A stretch of 64,000 nucleotides of DNA from Krischvirus LF73P4, in sequence record OZ035795.1; one strand, given 5' to 3'. Shown one piece after another: positions 55,725 to 64,000 of this stretch (position 1 is its first letter; every line of letters starts with the position of its first letter). The position numbers were made by a program, and so were the translations under genes. The notes beneath the pieces were generated by a model that saw only the letters and a program-made list of their open reading frames with translations, was not told where the DNA came from and ran no database searches.

Positions 55725-56393
55725 ATGCTTCCAGTGGATTTAATGATTGACTTTGAAAGTTTAGGTTATCCGCCCGATGGGGCGGTTATCAATATGGCGG
55801 CAATCGGATTTAAAGAAGATCCGCACAATCCACCTACATTTAAAGAACTGGTCGACAATTCCTTTCTGGTAAAATTTGATATTCCTTCCCAGAAAGGTGT
55901 AAGGGTGTTTGATCATGGTGTGGTTGAATGGTGGAAGAATACCGCCTCAGAAGGTATGAGAAAGCAATTAATCACAAATGGTACGGAAGTATCAACTAAA
56001 GAAGGTTTAGCGCGTTTTAACGCATTCTGTGAAGCCGTAGGGGTAGATCCGGTTAAATCCGTAATGTGGTCACGCGGTAATGCGTTTGATATTCCGTTAC
56101 TAGTTGATATGATCCGCCGTGCACACAATACACGAGAGACGTTCAGCCTTGAACCTGTGCGATTCTGGAATATCCGAGATGTTCGCACCGCCATTGAGCG
56201 TACATTGATGCATCGCGGGATGTGTGAGTGTCCGTTACCAATGGGTACGCTAGATGGTTTTATCGCACATGATGCAATTCATGATTGCGCTCGCGATATT
56301 CTTATGCTAATCTATGCACAACGTTATGCTATGGGTCTGGAAGACCTACCAGAAAATCCAGATCCAAATTCAGTTAAGAAACAAAGGGGATAA
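55725..56393 (+). CDS. dexA: exonuclease A (DEDD family)
   Basis: ATG 55725; collinear with T4 DexA (IDFExxG, SQKGxRxF, EWWKN, FDxPxLVDxIR, LEPxxFWNxRDxRT, GTLDGFxAHDxIHDCAxDIxML, YAMGLED). Confidence 0.85.
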   Translation: MLPVDLMIDFESLGYPPDGAVINMAAIGFKEDPHNPPTFKELVDNSFLVKFDIPSQKGVRVFDHGVVEWWKNTASEGMRKQLITNGTEVSTKEGLARFNAFCEAVGVDPVKSVMWSRGNAFDIPLLVDMIRRAHNTRETFSLEPVRFWNIRDVRTAIERTLMHRGMCECPLPMGTLDGFIAHDAIHDCARDILMLIYAQRYAMGLEDLPENPDPNSVKKQRG

Positions 56394-56394
56394 T

Positions 56395-56568
56395 ATGCCA
56401 TTATACGATTATTCTTGTGAAGAACACGGTCAATTTCAGAAAATCCGCAAAATTTCCGAGCGTGAAAAGGCAGAATGCCCTGAATGCGGTAAAGAATGCA
56501 AACAGGGATTGACTGCCCCGCGCGGGATTAATGGCGGGTACTATGATAAAAATGTGCGCGTGTCATGA
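56395..56568 (+). CDS. small zinc-ribbon protein (FmdB-like CxxC...CxxC)
   Basis: 57 aa; YDYSCEEHG...CPECG. Confidence 0.4.
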   Translation: MPLYDYSCEEHGQFQKIRKISEREKAECPECGKECKQGLTAPRGINGGYYDKNVRVS

Positions 56569-56666
56569 GTCATATACTTGACAATCACTCAATTTTAATA
56601 TGATTGTTGCAGCCGTCTTTGTGGCGGTTGCAGTAAGTTATGGTTATGTTATGAAGAGGTTTAATA

Positions 56667-58490
56667 ATGAGTGAGTTTCGCATTTTATCTGATCGTGAGC
56701 ATGTCCTTAAGCGTGCAGGAATGTATATAGGATCAACAACTTACGAAGAACATCAACGTTTCCTGTTCGGTAAATGGACAAAAATTTCATATGTTCCTGG
56801 ACTGGTGAAAATCATTGATGAGATCATCGACAACTCTGTAGACGAGGCGATTCGCACTAATTTTGAATTTGCCAATGTGATTAGCGTCGATATCCAAAAC
56901 AATATTGTTACGGTAACAGACAACGGTCGCGGTATTCCTCAACATATGGTTACTACCCCAGAGGGCACGCAGATTCCGCAACCTGTAGCCGCATGGACAC
57001 GAACAAAAGCAGGGTCTAACTTTGATGATACCAATCGATTAACGCAAGGGATGAACGGTGTAGGGTCGTCGTTGTCAAATTTCTTTAGCGATTGGTTTAC
57101 TGGTGTGACCTGTGACGGCGAAACAGAAATGACCGTTCAATGTACAAACGGTGCTGAAAATATCACATGGTCATCGAAACCATCAAAATTGAAGGGAACA
57201 AAGGTTACATTTTGCCCAGACTTCGACCACTTCGAAGGTTATATGATGGACAACTCTGTTTTAGATATTGTTCATGATCGTCTGCAATCATTGAGCGTAA
57301 TATTTCCTAAGATCACGTTTAAGTTTAATGGTAAACGTATTGTTAGTAAGTTCAAGGATTATGCTAAACTATACAATGATGATCCGTTTGTCATTGAAGA
57401 TAAAAACTTTTCACTTGCCCTAGTTCCTGCGGTCGAGGGAGAAGGTTTTAAATCAGTATCCTTTGCTAATGGTCTGTTTACCAAAAACGGGGGAACACAC
57501 GTAGACTACGTGACAGATGATCTTTGTGAAGAGATTGTAAAACGAATCAAGAAAGAATATAAGGTTGATGTTACTAAAGCTGCGGTTAAATCTGGATTGA
57601 CCTGTATTCTTATTGTTCGTGAATTGCCTAACCTTCGTTTTGATTCACAGACAAAAGAACGATTGACTAATCCAACTGGTGATATCAAGCGTCATATTGA
57701 TCTTGATTTTAAAAAGCTGGCTAAAGTCATTGCGAAGAAAGAAAACATTATCATGCCTATTATTGCTGTAGTCCTGGCACGCAAAGAGGCAGCAGATAAA
57801 GCGGCAGCGACTAAGGCAGCAAAGGCAGCGAAACGGGCTAAGGTAGCAAAACACGTTAAAGCTAACCTTATTGGAACTGACGCAGAAACTACCCTGTTTT
57901 TGACGGAAGGTGATTCCGCGATCAACTATCTGATCTCTGTACGTGATCAAGATTTACATGGCGGTTTCCCGTTGCGAGGCAAAACTCTTACAACGTGGGA
58001 ACAACCGGAGGCAAAGATCGTTAAGAACGCCGAAATTTTTAACATCATGGCGATCACTGGCTTGCAATTTGGTGTTGATGCATTGGAAGTTATGCAATAC
58101 AAAAATATTGCGATTATGACAGACGCTGATACTGACGGGATCGGGTCTATTAAACCTAGTCTGATCTCTTTCTTTGCTCGTTGGCCTGAATTGTTCGAAG
58201 ATGGACGAATCCGGTTTATCAAAACACCTATTATCATTGCGGAACCAAAGAAAGGTGATGATGTTCGATGGTATTATGACCTAGAAGATTTTGAGAACGA
58301 CCGAGATAATATCAAAGGTTACAACATTCGATATATCAAAGGTTTAGCATCGCTCACAGAATCAGACTATCATCGCGTGATCAACGATCCTGTCATGGAG
58401 ATCATCACGTTACCGGAAAACTATAAAGAGCTATTCGATTTGCTCTATAGTGAAGATTCAGACATGAGGAAGGCATGGATGGCGTCATAA
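56667..58490 (+). CDS. 39: topoisomerase II ATPase subunit, gp39 fused to gp60-like C-terminal region
   Basis: 607 aa; GHKL ATPase motifs (DNGRGIP, GxNGVGSS), collinear with T4 gp39, C-terminal Toprim-like TDADTDG region corresponding to the separate T4 gene 60. Confidence 0.85.
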   Translation: MSEFRILSDREHVLKRAGMYIGSTTYEEHQRFLFGKWTKISYVPGLVKIIDEIIDNSVDEAIRTNFEFANVISVDIQNNIVTVTDNGRGIPQHMVTTPEGTQIPQPVAAWTRTKAGSNFDDTNRLTQGMNGVGSSLSNFFSDWFTGVTCDGETEMTVQCTNGAENITWSSKPSKLKGTKVTFCPDFDHFEGYMMDNSVLDIVHDRLQSLSVIFPKITFKFNGKRIVSKFKDYAKLYNDDPFVIEDKNFSLALVPAVEGEGFKSVSFANGLFTKNGGTHVDYVTDDLCEEIVKRIKKEYKVDVTKAAVKSGLTCILIVRELPNLRFDSQTKERLTNPTGDIKRHIDLDFKKLAKVIAKKENIIMPIIAVVLARKEAADKAAATKAAKAAKRAKVAKHVKANLIGTDAETTLFLTEGDSAINYLISVRDQDLHGGFPLRGKTLTTWEQPEAKIVKNAEIFNIMAITGLQFGVDALEVMQYKNIAIMTDADTDGIGSIKPSLISFFARWPELFEDGRIRFIKTPIIIAEPKKGDDVRWYYDLEDFENDRDNIKGYNIRYIKGLASLTESDYHRVINDPVMEIITLPENYKELFDLLYSEDSDMRKAWMAS

Positions 58491-58491
58491 T

Positions 58492-59055
58492 ATGAAAAGT
58501 GCGAAATTTTGGAATACTGAAATTCAAGAGGAATTAAAACGAAGATTTGGACACACGGAAGGTGTTCTATATCACAAAACAAATAGTCCGTCTTTTAATG
58601 GTCTGCCAGAGGGATATTTCTACCAAGTCGGTGATAAAGTAAAAACAAAAAAGTTAAATTACGGTCATTTGGCAATAGATGTTTACAATAAGGTTAAAAA
58701 GAGAACATCTACATATCTTGTACATAGAATTGTCTGGTTTCTTGAATATGGAACACAGGTTAAGGTAATAGACCACATAGACGGGAATCCAGAAAACAAC
58801 AATCCACCAAATTTACGGGAGGCAACACAACAACAAAACATGTACAATAAAAAGAAAATGGACGGGTGCACGAGCATATATAATGGTGTTACTCATCGCA
58901 AAGGATCTAGCAAAAGACCGTGGCAAGCACAAATAAGGATAAACGGATACAGAAAATACATAGGATCGTTTGCTACTCAGGAGGAAGCCGCTAGAGCATA
59001 TGATGAATATGCAAAAATTCATCATGGGGAGTTTGCATCTTTAAATTTTAGTTGA
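58492..59055 (+). CDS. HNH homing-endonuclease-like protein with AP2 DNA-binding domain
   Basis: 187 aa; HRIVW...IDHIDGNPENNNPPNLR (HNH_3-type) then YNGVTHRK...WQAQIRINGYRKYIGSFATQEEAARAYDE (AP2-like); AT-rich, AGA/AGG/ATA-rich codon usage unlike neighbours. Confidence 0.7.
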   Translation: MKSAKFWNTEIQEELKRRFGHTEGVLYHKTNSPSFNGLPEGYFYQVGDKVKTKKLNYGHLAIDVYNKVKKRTSTYLVHRIVWFLEYGTQVKVIDHIDGNPENNNPPNLREATQQQNMYNKKKMDGCTSIYNGVTHRKGSSKRPWQAQIRINGYRKYIGSFATQEEAARAYDEYAKIHHGEFASLNFS

Positions 59056-59079
59056 CACACAAGGGAGATTCTCTATAAT
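59052..59079 (+). promoter_or_regulatory. PeSL-type promoter (hairpin GGGAGA...TCTCCC spanning -10, then U-run)
   Basis: TTGACA 59052-59057, TATAAT 59074-59079 inside palindrome, TTTTCTTTT downstream. Confidence 0.6.
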
Positions 59080-59113
59080 GGGAGTCTCCCTTTTCTTTTA
59101 TGAGGATTTAACG

Positions 59114-59413
59114 ATGAGCAAAAAGAATAACATGATGATGAGTATGGCAAAGTTCATGGAAGCAGACCTGATCAAAAATACAGTACAGCATGAACGCCAG
59201 CGAGAAGCCGCAGTGATTGCAGAACAAGGTTTTCAGGTTATCCGCAATCCACCTAAAGATACGATTAAATCGAAATACAGAGACGATCTGAAAGACCATG
59301 AAGTACGGGAACTGGTTAATGATCTGCGTGACATTGCCATCAAATATCATGGTTATCAGTGCTTACGAGAACTGATCGCAGAGCGAGTAATGGATGCCCT
59401 GAAAAAAGATTAA
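59114..59413 (+). CDS. hypothetical protein
   Basis: 99 aa from ATG after GAGGATTTAACG. Confidence 0.45.
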   Translation: MSKKNNMMMSMAKFMEADLIKNTVQHERQREAAVIAEQGFQVIRNPPKDTIKSKYRDDLKDHEVRELVNDLRDIAIKYHGYQCLRELIAERVMDALKKD

Positions 59414-59420
59414 AAATCTG

Positions 59421-59449
59421 TTGACGCTGGATCGGGGATATATCATAAT
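59421..59449 (+). promoter_or_regulatory. PeSL-type promoter (hairpin GGGGATATATCATAATGTCCCC spanning -10)
   Basis: TTGACG 59421-59426, 17-nt spacer, CATAAT 59444-59449, conserved leader CATCGAAAAC. Confidence 0.6.
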
Positions 59450-59479
59450 GTCCCCATCGAAAACAAAAGGTTGACTTAT

Positions 59480-59674
59480 ATGAAACCGTTTAAGAATGAA
59501 GAAACTCAAAAATTTTGTGAAAAAATTGCAGAAATCTACTTGACAGGGGAAAAGGAAAAAGCTAATATTATGTTCAAAGAGTCGGTTTCTATGATGAAAG
59601 TAGCACGCTGGGAACTGATCGCAATGCAAGACCAAATTCGTTATCTAGTAACAAAGGAGAATCAAAATGCGTAA
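59480..59674 (+). CDS. hypothetical protein
   Basis: 64 aa. Confidence 0.4.
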   Translation: MKPFKNEETQKFCEKIAEIYLTGEKEKANIMFKESVSMMKVARWELIAMQDQIRYLVTKENQNA

Positions 59675-59861
59675 CCATTACATCGAACTGGCAAGCCGTA
59701 AAGTTTCAGACCTGAAAGGCGTAATTGCTTACTATGAAGAAGTCCTGAAAAACGAAATTGCGGAGTGGGAACGTAAAGAATACAGCAAGTGCTTAGAGAA
59801 AAGCCGCGCTGAACTGGTTGACGCAGAAGCCCATCTGCAATGGGTGATTGAAAATGTATAA
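59667..59861 (+). CDS. hypothetical protein
   Basis: 64 aa; AAGGAGAATCAAAATG start. Confidence 0.45.
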   Translation: MRNHYIELASRKVSDLKGVIAYYEEVLKNEIAEWERKEYSKCLEKSRAELVDAEAHLQWVIENV

Positions 59862-59871
59862 GGAGTAGAAA

Positions 59872-60129
59872 ATGAGTCGAAGTTTTGATTTTCTGATCGC
59901 CAAGTGTCATCGAGAAAAGAAATCGATGGACCTGTTTATGAAATGTTTGAGGTATGAATATGCACACCTTCGTAAACACAAAATTGATCCGCAAGTTTCC
60001 TACGAAAACATCAAGAAATATGCGAAAGAAGTGATTGACAACGATTGCACCGTGACATATAATGCGTTTATTGATTTATGGGCGTGGGATGTAATCTACG
60101 CAGAGATGGACAAAGAAGATTTTAATTAA
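59872..60129 (+). CDS. hypothetical protein
   Basis: 85 aa; AAGGAG ribosome-binding site. Confidence 0.45.
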   Translation: MSRSFDFLIAKCHREKKSMDLFMKCLRYEYAHLRKHKIDPQVSYENIKKYAKEVIDNDCTVTYNAFIDLWAWDVIYAEMDKEDFN

Positions 60130-60143
60130 GTGAGGATTATATT

Positions 60144-62252
60144 ATGAAAATGCATATCGATAATGAAGAAGTATTTGGCAGTGACCTGAGCGGTGCGGTT
60201 GATTTTTCACTGAAAGCAAGTAGCAAGGCTTTTATGGTGCTTTCTAAGAACACTTATCAATATTGTGAGCGTGCTTGCGTCCGTGAGTATTCGTGCAATG
60301 CTACCGACACTCACAAAGAAGCCGGAACCTTAGATCGTCCGTTTGATATTCATTTACCGACTGCAATCGAACCGTATTTTTCTGTGCGTGATTATGGTAC
60401 GGGTATTCCGTCTAAGAAAGAATTAGAACAACTGTTTACGGTTTACTTTGAATCAACAAAAGACCAGACTAATGATTATATCGGATCTTTTGGTTTAGGT
60501 GCGAAGTCTGCTTATAGCTATACTGACACCTTTACAATCGTAAACTACTACAATGGTCGCGCTTATGGCTTTACTGCATTTGTGCAAAACTCTATGCCGA
60601 AAATGGTGCAGATTTTCGACGAACCGACCTATGAAGACAACGGTCTGAAAATCACTATTCCGGTGAAAGAAAAAGACATTCAGACATGGCATCGAGAAGC
60701 ACAATTTGTACTTCGTCATTTTGGGGAACACAAACCTAATATCAATGCAATCGAAATTAATTATTTCCCTAGCTTTGATAATTATTATGTTTGCAATGGG
60801 CGTGATAACGATTCCTATGTAGTATATGCAATCATGGGTAAGATCCAGTATCCGATCCCGTATGAATATGTTCGCGGAACATGGTTAGAAGCTGTAAACC
60901 GCCAGCACCAGACCATTTACATTAATTTTGATTTGGGTGATCTGGACCTGATGCCATCGCGCGAAGAAGTTCACTTGTCAATCGAGACTAAAGCGAACAT
61001 CGAAAAACGTATTGCAGAAATCAATGAAATGATGTTGGAAAAGGTTAAAGAAAAGATCGCCAACATTAAAACAGAGCGTAAACTTGCGCAATTTATGAGC
61101 GAGTATTCATCGACTCAACGCAATATTATTAGCAAGATGGGTAAGATCGGGCAGTGGGATGATCCGGTAGCAATCTATAATAAGTTTGTGAATGCGGGTA
61201 AAGATTCGCCTAGTGACGTAGAAGGTCAGGTGTATACTCTGTATCGTACTCGTCACACAATCAGTAAATTGCGCCCTGCTTTCGTTAGCAGTCAATACAA
61301 CATTACGCATTTTGTATGGATGCATAAAGAAGATATTCTGTGTGTAATTGATGATACCGATAAACCGAAACTGCGTGCACTGACTCTTAACGGCATGGTC
61401 CAGGAATACGGAATCAATAAAAAGGTACTGGTGTTCCGTCAGCGCAACGAAAAACATATGGAGACTTTCGAGTACATCAAACAGTATTATGATGAATCTG
61501 AAATGACCGTGATTAAGGTATCAGAGGCCGATGATCTGCGTGCTAAAGCAGTTAAACCGGAAAAGACCGAGCGTACACAACGTGAAGCGACTCCCAAGCT
61601 GCCTAACGTGTATATCATGGAAAAGATTGGTGACAGTTGGCATAAAACCAGCCATCACATGAAAGCGGCAGAGATTCGCGAGTTATCAGGCTTGCACATG
61701 TTCCGCGTAGGTGATGCATTCGAAAGCCGTAGTCGTAAATCGATCTATAGTGAAAATACATTACACACGGCGCTTGACTACTTCGGGGTAACAAAGTATA
61801 TTATTACTCGAAACGAGACACAAAAATATCTCGTTGACGAACAATTGGAATGTGCGCTAGAATTTGTTCGCGGTAAGCTGGCTGGTCTGGCTAAGAAGGT
61901 TAAGACCAATCATCTGGGGTATGGCGAATATCTGGGTGTGATCACTATGTTGTTTCATGACGATGAACTAGAACGCTGTGTTCCAGAATTTATTGACAGA
62001 CTGTACGGTCGTCATTATAATAAAGAGGTTTCCAAGTTACTCCTTCGTACTCGTTGGATTATGGACGAAGAAACTAAAAAGATCTGTGATGAAAAATTCA
62101 CGGCAGCAAACGAACGAATTAAAGCAGTTTGTGCGAAGTTTAAAGAGAATAGCCCGTTACTGTATGATATTGTAGATAACTGGTATCGTATTCTGCATAA
62201 CGACAAACGCGCACAAGACTTTATGAAACTGGTTAAGAATGTTAAATTTTAA
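60144..62252 (+). CDS. rIIA: rIIA-like membrane-associated protein (GHKL ATPase-like domain)
   Basis: 702 aa; DYGTGIP...GSFGLGAKS ATPase-like motifs; size and position immediately upstream of rIIB as in T4. Confidence 0.7.
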   Translation: MKMHIDNEEVFGSDLSGAVDFSLKASSKAFMVLSKNTYQYCERACVREYSCNATDTHKEAGTLDRPFDIHLPTAIEPYFSVRDYGTGIPSKKELEQLFTVYFESTKDQTNDYIGSFGLGAKSAYSYTDTFTIVNYYNGRAYGFTAFVQNSMPKMVQIFDEPTYEDNGLKITIPVKEKDIQTWHREAQFVLRHFGEHKPNINAIEINYFPSFDNYYVCNGRDNDSYVVYAIMGKIQYPIPYEYVRGTWLEAVNRQHQTIYINFDLGDLDLMPSREEVHLSIETKANIEKRIAEINEMMLEKVKEKIANIKTERKLAQFMSEYSSTQRNIISKMGKIGQWDDPVAIYNKFVNAGKDSPSDVEGQVYTLYRTRHTISKLRPAFVSSQYNITHFVWMHKEDILCVIDDTDKPKLRALTLNGMVQEYGINKKVLVFRQRNEKHMETFEYIKQYYDESEMTVIKVSEADDLRAKAVKPEKTERTQREATPKLPNVYIMEKIGDSWHKTSHHMKAAEIRELSGLHMFRVGDAFESRSRKSIYSENTLHTALDYFGVTKYIITRNETQKYLVDEQLECALEFVRGKLAGLAKKVKTNHLGYGEYLGVITMLFHDDELERCVPEFIDRLYGRHYNKEVSKLLLRTRWIMDEETKKICDEKFTAANERIKAVCAKFKENSPLLYDIVDNWYRILHNDKRAQDFMKLVKNVKF

Positions 62253-62263
62253 GAGGTGATATT

Positions 62264-62395
62264 ATGACTAAACTGACCGCTATCCAGAAAGAAACCATCC
62301 GTAAACAATACGCTCGCGGCTTGACTAAAGGCGAACTGGCACGAATCTATAATGTATCAGACCGCACAATCCGCAAGGTTGTAGAAGCAAAATAA
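62264..62395 (+). CDS. small helix-turn-helix protein (43 aa)
   Basis: LTKGELARIYNVSDRTIRKV helix-turn-helix-like; GAGGTGATATTATG start; below track cut-off. Confidence 0.3.
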   Translation: MTKLTAIQKETIRKQYARGLTKGELARIYNVSDRTIRKVVEAK

Positions 62396-62457
62396 TTCTG
62401 GTATAATGATGTGAATCGGGCGGCGATAGTCGCCCAACTAATAGAGGAATGAATACT

Positions 62458-63450
62458 ATGACTAAAGCAAAAATCACCGTCTCTGACCGTAACGTTCAAT
62501 GCCTGGATTCTGCGAAACAAATCAAACTGGCTAAACAGTGGGGCGAAGGTAAGTTTACTACCCGCGAAGCACTTGCGGCAGCATTTGGTGTATCTCGTCG
62601 CACTGCCTCCCGTGTATTACTGATTCAGAAAGACGCAGTAGCGGAAGGTCGCAAGGCACTAGAAAAACGTAAAGCACGCCGTAAAACCAGTAAAGGAAAA
62701 GGCGGTGAACGCGCAAAAAAGCCCGTGACTACTTCCTCAAAAATCGTAGCCATAGCCTCAACTAAGTTTATTACTATTACATGTGGTGACATTGTTTATA
62801 CTGCTGATCCATCACATGTTAACTTTAATGAAGCACTGGAAGCGATTAAACATAATGATTTCATCAAAGCTATTACGCTGATTGACATTAAGAAAGCGGT
62901 TGAAGTATATTATCACGGCGCTTTCCGTATCGAAAATGGTATTGTGTATTATCATAATATTGTTCTTGATAATAATCTGACTCGTCGAGTTGTGGAGTCG
63001 ATTAAAGAGAATAAGCCATATACGCACTATCTGAACTTCTTTGAGAAGTGCAAGAAAAACCCTAGCCGTAAGGCCGTAGATCGTCTATTTGACTTCTTAG
63101 AGCACAACGACATTGAGATCGTGGAAGATGGTTGTTTCTATGCATGGAAACGTGTTGATGTTGATTATAAAGATTTCTTTACGCATACGTTTGATAATAG
63201 CCCAGGTCGCACGGTTAAAATGAAGCGTAAAGACGTGGACCCAGATGATGATCGCACTTGCTCTAATGGCCTCCACGTTGCAGCGAAACACTATATTCCG
63301 CACTATGGCGGTGGACGAGGCCGAATCATTAAATGTAAAGTTGATCCGCGTCACGTTGTAAGTATCCCGAAAGATTATGCGAATGCCAAAATGCGCTGTC
63401 ATCGTTACTATGTGGTTGAAGATGTAACCGAAGGTTTTAGCCATTACTAA
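62458..63450 (+). CDS. rIIB: rIIB protein
   Basis: ATG 62458 after AGAGG; collinear with T4 rIIB (SRKAVDRLFDFLxxNDIEIxEDGxFYAWK, CSNGLHV, KVDPRHVVSIPxDYxxAKMR, YxVVEDVTE). Confidence 0.9.
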   Translation: MTKAKITVSDRNVQCLDSAKQIKLAKQWGEGKFTTREALAAAFGVSRRTASRVLLIQKDAVAEGRKALEKRKARRKTSKGKGGERAKKPVTTSSKIVAIASTKFITITCGDIVYTADPSHVNFNEALEAIKHNDFIKAITLIDIKKAVEVYYHGAFRIENGIVYYHNIVLDNNLTRRVVESIKENKPYTHYLNFFEKCKKNPSRKAVDRLFDFLEHNDIEIVEDGCFYAWKRVDVDYKDFFTHTFDNSPGRTVKMKRKDVDPDDDRTCSNGLHVAAKHYIPHYGGGRGRIIKCKVDPRHVVSIPKDYANAKMRCHRYYVVEDVTEGFSHY

Positions 63451-63464
63451 CAGAGGAATTAATT

Positions 63465-63791
63465 ATGGTTGATATGAAAGTTACTTGCGAAAGTGCACAT
63501 GTTGAAGTTGAAAGTAGCCAATATTCATTGCGTCCGTCCGGTCGTGTTACTGTGACTATGGATGATGTTGATTTGGTTAATAATGTTAGTGTTGAAGATA
63601 TCGTTAATGAGTATGATCATAGCGAACTGCTAGACGCAATTCCTGAACATGTTGTTATCCAGCACGTAGTAAGCAATAATGATCCATCGACTTTCATTAA
63701 AGAATATGGCGCTGATGAAATGCTCGATGAAATTGGCGAAAAGATTGTTATTGCATGGCTTGAAAACAACGGTTATACTGTAGAACAATAA
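63465..63791 (+). CDS. hypothetical acidic protein
   Basis: 108 aa. Confidence 0.45.
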   Translation: MVDMKVTCESAHVEVESSQYSLRPSGRVTVTMDDVDLVNNVSVEDIVNEYDHSELLDAIPEHVVIQHVVSNNDPSTFIKEYGADEMLDEIGEKIVIAWLENNGYTVEQ

Positions 63792-63799
63792 TCAACATA

Positions 63800-63822
63800 G
63801 GCCGCTTTGCGCGGCCTTTCTT
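63800..63822 (+). terminator. rho-independent terminator
   Basis: GGCCGC/GCGGCC stem + TTTCTT. Confidence 0.55.
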
Positions 63823-63836
63823 AGAGGGAATACATT

Positions 63837-64000
63837 ATGACAGTCACGGTTATTACCAAATACGACGACGAAAATGTGATTTACGGTGATGTGGTTGTTG
63901 TTCACGGTCGTAGCATGAAAGTTACTGGCAATTGTAAAGATGGTGCTATTATTTGCGGTGAATTGGTGAGAACAGTCAATCCTATCACCGACGAACAAAA
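63837..64000 (+). CDS. hypothetical protein (3' truncated by window end)
   Basis: ATG after GGGAATACATT; open to the end of the window. Confidence 0.3.
   Translation, partial: MTVTVITKYDDENVIYGDVVVVHGRSMKVTGNCKDGAIICGELVRTVNPITDEQ

Noticed and set aside
1-64000. tRNA or other small RNA genes
   Set aside because: Intergenic spaces are mostly under 100 bp and occupied by promoters or hairpins; no cloverleaf-like candidate was seen by eye, though a dedicated tRNA scan was not possible.

Overview
This window looks like a ~64 kb segment of a T4-like (Tevenvirinae-type) myovirus genome, covering the replication, recombination and nucleotide-metabolism core. All supported genes are on the + strand, with short gaps and frequent start/stop overlaps. 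Recognisable T4 homologues in order: 59, 32, frd, td, nrdA, nrdB, rnlA (63), pseT, cd, 31, 30 (ligase), dam, nrdC-like, 49 (endo VII), nrdD, nrdG, nrdH-like, 55, 47, 46, 45, 44, 62, regA, 43, uvsX, 41, 61, 56, dda, dexA, a fused 39/60 topoisomerase subunit, rIIA, rIIB. Between these lie islands of small accessory ORFs. The most notable observations: (1) dozens of sigma70-type early promoters with a hairpin in or across the spacer/-10, resembling the PeSL elements reported for RB49-type phages (recalled from literature, not checked); (2) a decayed C5-cytosine methyltransferase between nrdA and nrdB, flanked by two identical copies of such a promoter-hairpin; (3) an expanded family of tandem paralogues sharing an ~80-90 aa module on both sides of nrdD/nrdG; (4) candidate counter-defence genes (NADAR, DUF4326-like, Mod-like ADP-ribosyltransferase); (5) free-standing HNH and GIY-YIG nucleases; (6) no dCMP hydroxymethylase or glucosyltransferase genes at the canonical T4 positions. 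td, nrdB and nrdD are intron-less. No tRNA, rRNA or CRISPR array was recognised. All calls rest on by-eye motif comparison with remembered T4 protein sequences; no database search was run.
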